Shown: one piece after another, positions 18,695-27,863 of the stretch | Numbering within the stretch: the first letter of the stretch is position 1 | Layout of the letters: every line of letters starts with the position of its first letter | Assembly (NCBI GenBank): GCA_003599635.1 | Contig: QZIX01000012.1 | Coordinates: 12,722-76,721 of the forward strand | From: Candidatus Parcubacteria bacterium | GTDB lineage: Bacteria > Patescibacteriota > Patescibacteriia > Buchananbacterales > SURF-54 | Length of the DNA: 64,000 nucleotides | Direction: 5' to 3' | Notes under the pieces: generated by a model | Seen by the model: only the letters and a program-made list of their open reading frames with translations | Told to the model about the DNA's origin: nothing | Databases searched by the model: none | Translations under genes and position numbers: made by a program

Positions 18695-19756
18695 ATGCTG
18701 GAAATTATACTAACTTTTATTTTACTGCCGGTAATTTTTTTTAATGTCCATAATAATTTCATTGAACCGGAAACAAACAAAAAGACCGAGGAAATTTTCG
18801 TTAAGGGAATTTATCTGACTGCTTATTCCGTTTCGTCAAAGGCCAAAAGAGAAGAAGTTATGCGGCTTTTAGAAGAGACCGAACTCAATTCATTGATCAT
18901 CGATATCAAGGATTATACCGGTAAGGTGCTTTACGATTCGGAAATTCCGTTGGTAAACGAGCTGGGCACTGAAGAAATCGTCTTGTCGGATTTGACCGAG
19001 CTTTTGCCTGAGTTAAAAAAAAATAATATTTATGTCATAGCCAGGATGGCTGTATTTCAGGATCCGGCTTTGGCATCAAAAAAATCTGAGTGGGCATTAA
19101 AAAACAGAAGCGGCGGCATCTGGCGCGACCGGAAAGGCCAGGCCTGGGTTGATACGTCAAACAGGGAAGTTTGGAAATATAATCTTGATATCGCAAAAGA
19201 AGCGGTTAAGCTGGGCTTTGACGAAATAAATCTTGATTATATCCGTTTTCCCACAGACGGCAACCTTTCTGATATCGTTTACCCTTTTTACGATTCCAGT
19301 CTTTCCAAAAATGATGTTATGGCGGAATTTTTCAGGTATTTCGGCGGCAATTTTTTCTGGCAGCCCGCTTTAACTTCCGTTGATTTGTTCGGACTGACCC
19401 TGATTTCCGATGACGGCTTGAATATCGGGCAGCGCATTGAAGACGCCGCGCCGTATTTTGATTACATAAGCCCGATGGTTTATCCTTCCCATTTCGCCGA
19501 CGGCTACAAAGGTTTCGCCAACCCCGCGCAGTATCCATACGAGGTGGTTTATAAAAGTTTAAGGGACGGCGCAAAAAAAATAGCCGGAACAAAGGCGAAA
19601 TACCGCCCCTGGCTGCAGGATTTTGATCTTGGAGCAGATTATGATTCGGTCAAGGTAAAAGACGAAATCAGGGCGGCTTATGATTCAGAATCATCGGGCT
19701 GGATGCTTTGGAACGCCAAGAACATCTATACCAAAGAAGCGCTTTTTCGGCCTTGA
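18695..19756 (+). CDS. Secreted/anchored glycoside-hydrolase-like TIM-barrel protein (GHL/DUF4015-type)
   Basis: N-terminal TM segment. Motifs KGIYLT..LIIDIKDYTGKV, IARMAVFQDP, GFDEINLDYIRFP and WLQDFD recall the putative glycosyl hydrolase-like family (COG1306). Confidence 0.5.
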   Translation: MLEIILTFILLPVIFFNVHNNFIEPETNKKTEEIFVKGIYLTAYSVSSKAKREEVMRLLEETELNSLIIDIKDYTGKVLYDSEIPLVNELGTEEIVLSDLTELLPELKKNNIYVIARMAVFQDPALASKKSEWALKNRSGGIWRDRKGQAWVDTSNREVWKYNLDIAKEAVKLGFDEINLDYIRFPTDGNLSDIVYPFYDSSLSKNDVMAEFFRYFGGNFFWQPALTSVDLFGLTLISDDGLNIGQRIEDAAPYFDYISPMVYPSHFADGYKGFANPAQYPYEVVYKSLRDGAKKIAGTKAKYRPWLQDFDLGADYDSVKVKDEIRAAYDSESSGWMLWNAKNIYTKEALFRP

Positions 19757-19822
19757 CAGACACTATATTTATTGTTAAGTTAGCCAAAACAAAGATTGCT
19801 CTTTTTAAACTGGAGAAAAGAT

Positions 19823-21430
19823 ATGGACTTTTCAAATAATTCCGATGTTGCAGGTTTTTTTGGCGGCCGTACAAACGTTATACTGGCGATTGAAAAACTG
19901 GTCGGAAGCGCTTGCATTGACGAGTTATTTCAAAAATACGAACATGTTATTGGCAATTTACGCCTGGAAAATGTCAGGCAGATGACTGACGAAGATTTTC
20001 AAAGAGTGCTTAGCCTGATTGCTGAAAAAGAGTATCGCCGGGCTTTGCTGCAAATCAGATATGGCCGTTTCAGTGAGCAGGAGCAAGCAATGATATATAT
20101 AGCCGGCCGGACCAACATTGCTTTGGCAATAGAAACAATAACAGGTAAAGATTGCTTGAATGATTTATTTGAAGCATACCCAGTTGTTAATCAGTTAAGA
20201 GTTGCGGACGTCAAGCTGATGCCTGAACCAGAATTTTTAGAATTGCAATCGCGTTTTTCCGAAGTAAGGTACCGCGAGGCACTGCAAAAGGTAAGAAATA
20301 ATTATTACGAAAGCCAAATTTTAGACAAGTTTCGGAAAAGGAGAGAAAGTATGCCAGAAAATGAATCAGCACAGGTTGTTGGCGAGAAGGCACAGTCCTG
20401 TTGTGGCAGTATATCATGCCGGGAAGGAACGTTAAGCCAAGTTTTGAGAAGTGCAATACCTGATGTTTTTACAAACAATCTGGATTCGGTAGCCAACGTC
20501 TGTTCCATTTTTTTTGGGTCATCTGATCCGACAATTCGTCAAGTGGTGGCGCGAAAGGCGGAATTTTTAAGATTTAATCTGCCACAAAACGAGGAGTGGC
20601 AAAGGATAAAAGCTGTTATCACGGGTCTGACAATTTGTAAATCCGAAAAACCGGAAAATGGGAAAGGAATGAAAAAGATGAAAAACAAAATAACGCCTGA
20701 AACTACTTTAAGTAAGGCCATGGGAATCATGCGAGGGAACAGTTTTTTTGGCGCAGATACAAAAAAAAGGCTTGAAACGAACGGAATTAATCCGGAAATA
20801 ACCGTGCGCGATGCGATCCAGAAGCGGAATGTGATTTTGGGTGCGCTGACAAAACAAGGTAAGCAGGTGTTTGAAAATCTTGTTATGGAATTTTCGGGCA
20901 TTGGGGCTGGTCGCGATAAAAACACCCCGGAGCCGAGAATGGTCGCCGAAGTAAGGAGAAATACCTCGGATCCGATTGCTCAAAAAGTTAAGGCAGGGCT
21001 TAAGACGGCCGGTATTGATCCAAAAATTACCGTCACGGGTTTAAAAAACCTTAGCCCGGAGGAACGAACAAAGCTTTTGCAGGGATTAACCGGCAGAGCC
21101 TTTGAAGTATCGAAATGCCTGCTTGAAGGTACTCCGTTTGTAAAAAAAGGAAAAAAAACAAAAAAATCCGTTAAAGCGAGAGTTTCCAAAAAAGGGCAGA
21201 AAGCAAAGGCAAAAGCCGGAAAAACTTCCTTAGCGAGAAGAATTTCAGAAATGTCCGAGGAATGCAAAGAAATCGGCCTAATGCTTGATCAGGCAAGTTC
21301 GGCGCTTGCAATCGTCGAAAAAATAGGCATAAAGTTTCCGGGGATGAAAGATCTTTCGGCTGCTGCGAAAAATGTTCTGCAGGCAGCGTCGAAACTGTCT
21401 CATGCTCACAAGAAAATTTCTAAAATATAG
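19823..21430 (+). CDS. Hypothetical repeat protein with a lysine-rich tail, upstream of the sigma factor gene
   Basis: ATG at 19823 follows GGAGA. Two N-terminal repeats of about 80 aa (GRTN[VI].LAIE...[LV]F..Y......R...V..M.). Two later repeats (GI[ND]P[EK]ITV). Histone H1-like tail KKGKKTKKSVKARVSKKGQKAKAKAGK. Confidence 0.6.
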   Translation: MDFSNNSDVAGFFGGRTNVILAIEKLVGSACIDELFQKYEHVIGNLRLENVRQMTDEDFQRVLSLIAEKEYRRALLQIRYGRFSEQEQAMIYIAGRTNIALAIETITGKDCLNDLFEAYPVVNQLRVADVKLMPEPEFLELQSRFSEVRYREALQKVRNNYYESQILDKFRKRRESMPENESAQVVGEKAQSCCGSISCREGTLSQVLRSAIPDVFTNNLDSVANVCSIFFGSSDPTIRQVVARKAEFLRFNLPQNEEWQRIKAVITGLTICKSEKPENGKGMKKMKNKITPETTLSKAMGIMRGNSFFGADTKKRLETNGINPEITVRDAIQKRNVILGALTKQGKQVFENLVMEFSGIGAGRDKNTPEPRMVAEVRRNTSDPIAQKVKAGLKTAGIDPKITVTGLKNLSPEERTKLLQGLTGRAFEVSKCLLEGTPFVKKGKKTKKSVKARVSKKGQKAKAKAGKTSLARRISEMSEECKEIGLMLDQASSALAIVEKIGIKFPGMKDLSAAAKNVLQAASKLSHAHKKISKI

Positions 21431-21448
21431 TAAAGGATTCAAGGCAGC

Positions 21449-21482
21449 GGCATTCCATTTTATTGGAATGCCATTTTTTTTT
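21449..21482 (+). terminator. Intrinsic terminator
   Basis: Stem GGCATTCCA / TGGAATGCC followed by a T9 run. Confidence 0.8.
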
Positions 21483-21538
21483 AACCTTGATTAATTTGGC
21501 TGATACAATTAAAATAAGCATAAGAAAGGAGGGATATT

Positions 21539-22789
21539 ATGAGACCAAACGACCGCACTTTGACAGTTGGTAAACTTCTTTTTGAAAGTTATGGAAAAAC
21601 TGATAGTGATTTTGTTTTTAATCTGCCCAGAAAACTTTTTGCAATGCCGGTTTATCAAATCGCAAATAACGGCATTATGGCGACCCTTGAATCAATGCTT
21701 ACTGACAGTCAGAAAATAAATAAAATTGCCGCGGCTATAGAATGTTTCCGACAAAACGGTGACCATGGATTTGGACTGAAAAAATCAGCCACCATTCCTT
21801 TTTGTGAGGGCAGCGAAATCGAAGAAGAGGAAATTGAAGATGGCGACGAAGATTTGGACCTAGTTCCGGAGGTTTGGGAAGATGAAAGCCTTGCTTTTAA
21901 CAATCCGCCAAACGGAAACAGGCACTCGGGCGATGACATCTTAAGAATTTACTTTAAGGATGTAGGAAAAATTCCGCTCCTTAAAGAAGAAGAGTTGAAA
22001 AAAATCTATAAAAGGATAAACGAAATTGGCAACAAGAAGAAGAATTCTGACGAGGTTAGGAATCTGAAGAACAGAGTTATATTAGCCAATCTCAGGCTGG
22101 TTATAATGTTGGCTAAAAAGTTTTCTGGCCGCGGTATGCCTCTTTTGGATCTGATACAGGCGGGCAATATCGGCTTAATGAAAGCAGTTGACCGTTTTAA
22201 CTACCGGCTGGGATTCAAGTTCAGCACCTATGCCTCAAAGTGGATAATGGCCGCCATTACCCGGACAATCTCTTGTGAGATTCGGACGGTAAGAATACCG
22301 GTCAATGTCATACCAGTGTTAGTGAGGGTGGACCGTAGTTCAAGAAAGCTTACCCATGACCTGGGCCGTCGGCCGACAATAGATGAAATAGCCAAAGATT
22401 TGGGCGCGCTAAGTGAAGAAATCAGCCGTCTGGCTCATATCGCACAAAAAGCAATTTCACTTGAATTTCCGTTTGACGAAAAGGACGATGATTACACTTT
22501 AGGTAAAATACTGCCAGATGAGACGAGCATACCGTCCAAAATAGCGGAGTCAGAATTAGCAAGGGACGCGCTTTTGCGGGCAGTGAACGAACTTGGTCCT
22601 TGTCAGAGATTGGTATTAACGATGCGTTACGGCCTGGATGACGGTATTGAAAGGACGCAAAGTGAAGTTGCAGAGGAATTAGACTTAAGCCGTCAAAGAA
22701 TTTCAAATATAGAACGCAAAGCAATAGAAAGACTGAGAACTCAAAAGAAGGAAGAACTCCATGGATTATTACAAGCCCTGTGTCAGTAA
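21539..22789 (+). CDS. rpoD: RNA polymerase sigma-70 family factor (primary-like, with an acidic N-terminal extension)
   Basis: Strong RBS AAGGAGGG. Region 1.2/2 (ILRIYFKDVGKIPLL, NLRLVIMLAKKF, DLIQAGNIGLMKAVDRF, FSTYASKWI), region 3, and region 4.2 HTH (TQSEVAEELDLSRQRISNIERKAIERLR). Acidic stretch EEEEIEDGDEDLD resembles region 1.1. Confidence 0.85.
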   Translation: MRPNDRTLTVGKLLFESYGKTDSDFVFNLPRKLFAMPVYQIANNGIMATLESMLTDSQKINKIAAAIECFRQNGDHGFGLKKSATIPFCEGSEIEEEEIEDGDEDLDLVPEVWEDESLAFNNPPNGNRHSGDDILRIYFKDVGKIPLLKEEELKKIYKRINEIGNKKKNSDEVRNLKNRVILANLRLVIMLAKKFSGRGMPLLDLIQAGNIGLMKAVDRFNYRLGFKFSTYASKWIMAAITRTISCEIRTVRIPVNVIPVLVRVDRSSRKLTHDLGRRPTIDEIAKDLGALSEEISRLAHIAQKAISLEFPFDEKDDDYTLGKILPDETSIPSKIAESELARDALLRAVNELGPCQRLVLTMRYGLDDGIERTQSEVAEELDLSRQRISNIERKAIERLRTQKKEELHGLLQALCQ

Positions 22790-22804
22790 AAACAGGGCTT
22801 TTTT
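22774..22804 (+). terminator. Intrinsic terminator of the sigma gene (stop codon lies in the loop)
   Basis: Stem AGCCCTGT / ACAGGGCT followed by a T run. Confidence 0.7.
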
Positions 22805-22823
22805 CTTAATTATTTCTTAATTA
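22802..22823 (+). promoter_or_regulatory. Tandem 11-bp direct repeat TTTCTTAATTA x2, candidate response-regulator binding site
   Basis: Perfect tandem copies at 22802-22812 and 22813-22823, 26 bp upstream of a -35-like TTGTCA. The same core (TTTCTTAAT, 11-bp phase) recurs at 28608-28627. Confidence 0.4.
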
Positions 22824-22848
22824 AAGGATGATTAAATAGAGCTAAAGC

Positions 22849-22877
22849 TTGTCAATTTAGCCAAAATAAGTTAAAAT
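22849..22877 (+). promoter_or_regulatory. Sigma-70-type promoter candidate for the giant histidine kinase gene
   Basis: TTGTCA (22849-22854), 17-nt spacer, TAAAAT (22872-22877). About 40 nt upstream of the ATG at 22919. Confidence 0.4.
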
Positions 22878-22918
22878 TCAGCTATTGGAATAAGAGGGGT
22901 TTTTTTATTTTTCAATTT

Positions 22919-25900
22919 ATGGAAATATTGAAAAAAGTTAAAAAAGTTCCAAATTCAGCCGTTTTTTTGGTATTTTTGGTATTTTTATTGTATTATACTT
23001 ACGTCTATAATCTGGTTTTTTTCCATACCCTGGCCGTATTTTTTTCGGTGATTATTGCTATCACCGTTTTTATTTTAAGCCAGAACAGCAGACAATTCAT
23101 AAAAAATGATTTTTTTCATTTTTTAGGGGTTGTTTATCTGTTTGTCGGCTTTTTTGATTTTATGCACGCCATTTCTTTTGAACAGCTGGGTATATTCAAA
23201 ACTAACGGCGTCTATTTGCAGCTTTGGCACGTTGCCAGACTGGCTGAGGCATTATCACTTTTAGTGGCTCCGGTTTTTTTGTATAAAAATATCAGAATCA
23301 AATTCACATTTATTGCTTATCTTTTTCTTTCCTCGACGATGACATTTATGATTTTTTTTATGCATTGGTCAAGATTAAATCCGCTGGCGGCAGTTCTGTA
23401 CCGTTATTACCTGCAGCTCCATTTATTTACTATATTTTTTCTGCTGTCAGCCGGCGCGTTTTTGTACATCAGAAGGATTTTTTTCGAAAGAAAGACCTTC
23501 TATCTGCTGATTTCTTCCGTTGCCTGCAGCGTTTTTTCCGAAATCAGCTTTTTATTTTTTTTGCCGGAAGACCATGTTTATAATCTGATCGGCCATTATT
23601 TAAAGCTGACGGCCGTTTTTTTAATTTACAAGGCGATTATTTCCGACACGCTGGAAAAAACTTTAATTTCACTGACCGCGAATTTAAAAACAAGCCAGGA
23701 TTTGCTGCAAAAAGAGAAGGCCAAAGCAGTGAAATATCTTGATGTTTCCGGAAATATAACCGTAATTTTAAACAAGGAAAGATGTATAAATTTTGTTAAT
23801 GACAAGGCCTGCCGGTTCCTGGGTGTTGAAAGAAATAATCTGCTGGGCCAAAATTTTTTACTAAATTTTGTAACCGGTGACTTTAGAAAAAAAACCGACA
23901 GCTTGCTTGCCGAGACATTTAAAAATTTAAACAGCTGCTACCATGAAATTCCGATTACCTGCAGGGGCAGGATTCATCTGATTAACTGGCACATAAGTTT
24001 GGACCAGGAAGAAAAGGATTCGGTCATATTGTCGGGAACCGATATAACCGAAATTAAGGAGACTGAGCAAACATTAAAGAAGGAGTGTCAGAATTTATTA
24101 AATATCATGGATTCGATGGATGACGGAATCTGCATTATTAATGAAAATTACGGTATGGAATACGTAAATCCTGTCCTGATGAAAAATTTCGGGCCTTATG
24201 ACAGCTTAAAATGCTTTGAATATTTCAATCATGACAAAAAAATCTGCCCGAACTGCCCTCTTGGTGCAGTATTGTCGGGAAGCAGGGTCAGATGGCAAAG
24301 CGATTCTTGTAAAAACGGTAAAACATACGATATTATGGGAACACCTTTAAAAAATAGCGACGGCAGCGTCTTTCAGATTGAAATCTTCCGCGATATTACC
24401 GAACTTAAAGAAGCGGAAGAAAAACTTATCAGAAGCGAAAAGCAGTATAAAGCGATAGTGGAAGATCAGACCGAGCTCATCTGCCGCACCACCCCTGACG
24501 GCACGTTAATTTTCGTCAACGAGGCCTGTTGCCGGCATTTTAATAAGAAGAGAGAAGAATTAATCGGCGCTAAATTCTGGCCGTCAATTCCGAAAGAGGA
24601 TCACAAAAAAATAAAATATCATATTGAAAAACTGACCAGTCAAAATCCTATCGGATCGATCGAGCACCGGGTCATCGGCAAAAACCGAATGCTCCATCAG
24701 CACTGGATCTACAGAGGATTTTTTAACGGCAACGATAATTTAATCGAAATACAGACTGTGGGCCGCGATATTACCGAACTTAAGGAAGCGGAAGAAAAAC
24801 TTATCAGAAGCGAGAAGCAGTACAAAGCGATAGTGGAAGATCAGACCGAGCTCATCTGCCGCACCACCCCTGACGGCACGTTAATTTTCGTCAACGGTGC
24901 GTTTTGCCGTCATTACAATATAAGAAGAGACCAGCTTGTCGGTATAAAATATTGGCCTTCAATTCCGAAAGAAGAACATAAAAAAATAATTGACCATATA
25001 AACAGTCTTACGCCAAGCAACCCCATCGGAACCATTGACCATCTGGTTTTATACAAAGGAAAATTGAGATGGCAACACTGGGTTGACCGGGGATTTTTTG
25101 ACAGCAAAGGCAAATTGATAGAAATACAGTCGGTCGGCCGTGACGTTACGGAATTAAAGCAGATAGAGGACAGCCTGCAGCAGGAAAAAAAACTTCTTTC
25201 CGGTATTATGTCATCGATTTCAATAGGCATAATACTGATAAACGAGTCAAAAGAAATTGTTTTTTGCAACAACCGGAGCCGGGAACTGCTTGGCATAAAA
25301 CCAGAAGAGCAGCTGAAACAAAATATTTTAGAAGTTTTAAAAATTCGGAATCAGAATTTCAAAAATTTTTTTGCCAGCGGGAAAAAAAATAAGGACTTTG
25401 TTTACAAATTCAGAAAAATAAACGGAAGCGACGCCTTTTTAAGCGTGAATTTTACGCCAGTGCTTAGCCGGGAGGGGAGAATAATAAAAACCGTTGTCTG
25501 CGTTGAGGATGTGACAGAACAGAAAAGAGCGGACGAGGAAATCAAGAACAGCGAAAAAAAGCACAGGGAGATAGTACAGGATCAGACGGAACTCATCTGC
25601 CGTTTTAAAACAGAAGGAACCTTGACTTTTGTTAATAATGCTTACTGTAATTTTTTCAAAAAAAGAAGAAGCGATCTTATCGGCAACAAGAGCGATTTTC
25701 ACATTATCGGCAGGCAGCGGCAGACTTTTAAAAGCTGTTTTTCCGGTTTGAGCAAAGATAATCCGGTGGCCAGAAATGAACAGCAATTCATTGACAATGA
25801 CGGAAAACGCTACTGGCTTCAATGGACGGACAGACTACTTTACGACGAAACAAGAAATAAAATAATCGGATTTCAATCTGTCGGCAGGGATGTGACCAAA

Positions 25901-27832
25901 GAAAAGCTGATAGAAATAGTTTTAAAAGACAGCGAGGAAAAATTTCGGCTGGCAGTAAATAATTATCCGGCAATATTTGTCATATACGGCAAAGACCGCC
26001 GAGTCAGATTTATTAATGAAAACGGGCTAAAAATACTTAAACGTTCTAAAAAACAGATACTTGGGCATACCGACGAAGAGGTCCTGCCTGCCGAAATTTC
26101 CAGTATAATCGTGCCTTCGCTTAAAAAGTGCATCATGACCGGTCAGATCCAGCATGAAGAATTCAGGGTGAATTACAACGATAAAAAACTGATTTTTGTT
26201 GTCAATTATATCCCGGTCCTTAACAGCGATAAATCGTTAAAGCAGATTTTAGGTATTACCTTTGACATTACCGAAAGGAAAAAAACCGAAGAGGAAATGG
26301 AAAATTTAATCACGCAGATTAAGCTGCAAAATGACGGAATAGAAGATCTGGCCGGGCGTTTAAAAAAAGAAAAGGATACCTTGTCGGTCATTATGGAAAA
26401 TACTGCGGCTCAGCTGGCATATCTGGATTTACGGTTTAATTTTATCAGGATAAATTCAGCATTTGCCAAAGCCTGCAATGTCAAAAAAGATGAATTGATA
26501 GGGAAAAATTATTTTGATCTTTTTCCCGGCCGGGAAAACAGGGAAATATTTGAAAAAGTCAGGGATTTGGGCAAAAGCGTCGAATTCAAAGCCAAACCGT
26601 TCAATCTTAAAAATCAGCTTTGGCAGCAGCTGTCCTACTGGGACTGGACATTAATTCCGGTCAAGGATAACACGGGCAGGGTCGAGGGTCTGGTTCTTTC
26701 GCTTATGGATGTTACGGAAATGGTTGAAAATCAAAAAAACCTCAAAGATTACGCTCGCGAGCTTGAACAGCTTACCTGGGAACTTAACAAATTCCGGCTG
26801 GCGGTTGAAAGCACATCCGAACAGTTAATAATTGCCGATAAAAATTTTCAAATACTTTATGCCAACAAAGCGACGGAAACAATAACGGGATTTTTGCGCA
26901 AGGAAATTACAGGCAGAACGCCGCTTTTGTGGGGCAATTATTTTGAAGAATACGGGAACAAAACTCTGCGCAGCGTTTGGCATAAAATTTCTGAAGAAAA
27001 TCCTGAATTCCACGGTGAAGTCATAAACATCAATAAAAACGGTAAAAAATATTTTTCGGATCTTATAATATCGCCCGTTTATGATGAAAAAAAACATATC
27101 CGTTTTTTTATCGCTATTGAAAGGGATATAACAAAACTCAAAGAAATTGACCAAGCCAAAACAGAGTTTGTTTCTCTTGCTTCACATCAGTTAAGAACGC
27201 CGCTGACCGGGATCAGCTTATCGGCCGAACTTCTGCTGAAGGAAGCGGAAAATTACAGGGACAAGAAACAAAAAAAATATTTTGACGAAATCCTGCGGTC
27301 CACGGCAAAAATGTCTGAAACTATCAGTACTCTGCTGAACGTGACAAAAATTGAAATGGGAACTTTCGAGATAAAGCCGTCCAAAGCCGATGTGATTAAA
27401 ATCGTAGATAATATTGTCAGTCAGCTGTCATGGCAGATTAAAAACAAAAAAATATGCCTGGCTAAAAAGTATCCGGTACAGTTTGAAAGTATTAACGTCG
27501 ATGTCAATTCATTTAAAATAATCGTAGAAAATATCCTTACTAATGCCATCCGCTATACGTCTGAAAAAGGAAAAATTTGCATTCAAATACAAAAGATCAG
27601 GGACAGTGCCGTAATTTCCATAGCGGATTCTGGCTGCGGTATTCCGCAAATTGAACAAAAGGATATCTTTTCCAAACTTTTCCGCGCCAGCAATGCAAAA
27701 ACCGTCTGCACAGACGGCATTGGCCTCGGTCTTTATATGGTGAAATCAATTGCGGAAAAAAATAAAATCAAAATTAATTTTGAATCAATCCAGGATCGCG
27801 GCACGACTTTTTTTATCCATATACCGTTATAA
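22919..27832 (+). CDS. Giant membrane sensor histidine kinase (1637 aa): polytopic N-terminal domain, about nine PAS modules, HisKA + HATPase_c
   Basis: The first 240 aa or so are very hydrophobic (at least 6 TM). PAS-like units recur, each ending in (G)RDITE.K-type PAC linkers. H-box EFVSLASHQLRTPLTGI. N/G boxes ILTNAIRYT, DSGCGIP, GIGLGLYMVKSIAE. Confidence 0.9.
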   Translation: MEILKKVKKVPNSAVFLVFLVFLLYYTYVYNLVFFHTLAVFFSVIIAITVFILSQNSRQFIKNDFFHFLGVVYLFVGFFDFMHAISFEQLGIFKTNGVYLQLWHVARLAEALSLLVAPVFLYKNIRIKFTFIAYLFLSSTMTFMIFFMHWSRLNPLAAVLYRYYLQLHLFTIFFLLSAGAFLYIRRIFFERKTFYLLISSVACSVFSEISFLFFLPEDHVYNLIGHYLKLTAVFLIYKAIISDTLEKTLISLTANLKTSQDLLQKEKAKAVKYLDVSGNITVILNKERCINFVNDKACRFLGVERNNLLGQNFLLNFVTGDFRKKTDSLLAETFKNLNSCYHEIPITCRGRIHLINWHISLDQEEKDSVILSGTDITEIKETEQTLKKECQNLLNIMDSMDDGICIINENYGMEYVNPVLMKNFGPYDSLKCFEYFNHDKKICPNCPLGAVLSGSRVRWQSDSCKNGKTYDIMGTPLKNSDGSVFQIEIFRDITELKEAEEKLIRSEKQYKAIVEDQTELICRTTPDGTLIFVNEACCRHFNKKREELIGAKFWPSIPKEDHKKIKYHIEKLTSQNPIGSIEHRVIGKNRMLHQHWIYRGFFNGNDNLIEIQTVGRDITELKEAEEKLIRSEKQYKAIVEDQTELICRTTPDGTLIFVNGAFCRHYNIRRDQLVGIKYWPSIPKEEHKKIIDHINSLTPSNPIGTIDHLVLYKGKLRWQHWVDRGFFDSKGKLIEIQSVGRDVTELKQIEDSLQQEKKLLSGIMSSISIGIILINESKEIVFCNNRSRELLGIKPEEQLKQNILEVLKIRNQNFKNFFASGKKNKDFVYKFRKINGSDAFLSVNFTPVLSREGRIIKTVVCVEDVTEQKRADEEIKNSEKKHREIVQDQTELICRFKTEGTLTFVNNAYCNFFKKRRSDLIGNKSDFHIIGRQRQTFKSCFSGLSKDNPVARNEQQFIDNDGKRYWLQWTDRLLYDETRNKIIGFQSVGRDVTKEKLIEIVLKDSEEKFRLAVNNYPAIFVIYGKDRRVRFINENGLKILKRSKKQILGHTDEEVLPAEISSIIVPSLKKCIMTGQIQHEEFRVNYNDKKLIFVVNYIPVLNSDKSLKQILGITFDITERKKTEEEMENLITQIKLQNDGIEDLAGRLKKEKDTLSVIMENTAAQLAYLDLRFNFIRINSAFAKACNVKKDELIGKNYFDLFPGRENREIFEKVRDLGKSVEFKAKPFNLKNQLWQQLSYWDWTLIPVKDNTGRVEGLVLSLMDVTEMVENQKNLKDYARELEQLTWELNKFRLAVESTSEQLIIADKNFQILYANKATETITGFLRKEITGRTPLLWGNYFEEYGNKTLRSVWHKISEENPEFHGEVININKNGKKYFSDLIISPVYDEKKHIRFFIAIERDITKLKEIDQAKTEFVSLASHQLRTPLTGISLSAELLLKEAENYRDKKQKKYFDEILRSTAKMSETISTLLNVTKIEMGTFEIKPSKADVIKIVDNIVSQLSWQIKNKKICLAKKYPVQFESINVDVNSFKIIVENILTNAIRYTSEKGKICIQIQKIRDSAVISIADSGCGIPQIEQKDIFSKLFRASNAKTVCTDGIGLGLYMVKSIAEKNKIKINFESIQDRGTTFFIHIPL
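24388..24521 (+). repeat. Copy 1 of a 134-bp near-identical intragenic direct repeat (PAS linker plus N-cap)
   Basis: Differs from 24763-24896 at only 3 positions, all synonymous. Encodes RDITELKEAEEKLIRSEKQYKAIVEDQTELICRTTPDGTLIFVN. Confidence 0.9.
24763..24896 (+). repeat. Copy 2 of the 134-bp intragenic direct repeat (offset 375 bp = 125 codons)
   Basis: See copy 1. The rest of the two PAS units is clearly diverged at the protein level. Confidence 0.9.
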
Positions 27833-27863
27833 AAACCAAATTTAAAAACGCTTAAGTGTTTTT

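Noticed and set aside
24388-24896. The 134-bp repeat pair as a mobile-element remnant or a diversity-generating retroelement TR/VR pair
   Set aside because: Both copies are in frame within one gene, at homologous positions of adjacent PAS units. All three differences are synonymous rather than adenine-specific coding changes. No reverse transcriptase, transposase or terminal inverted repeats are present.
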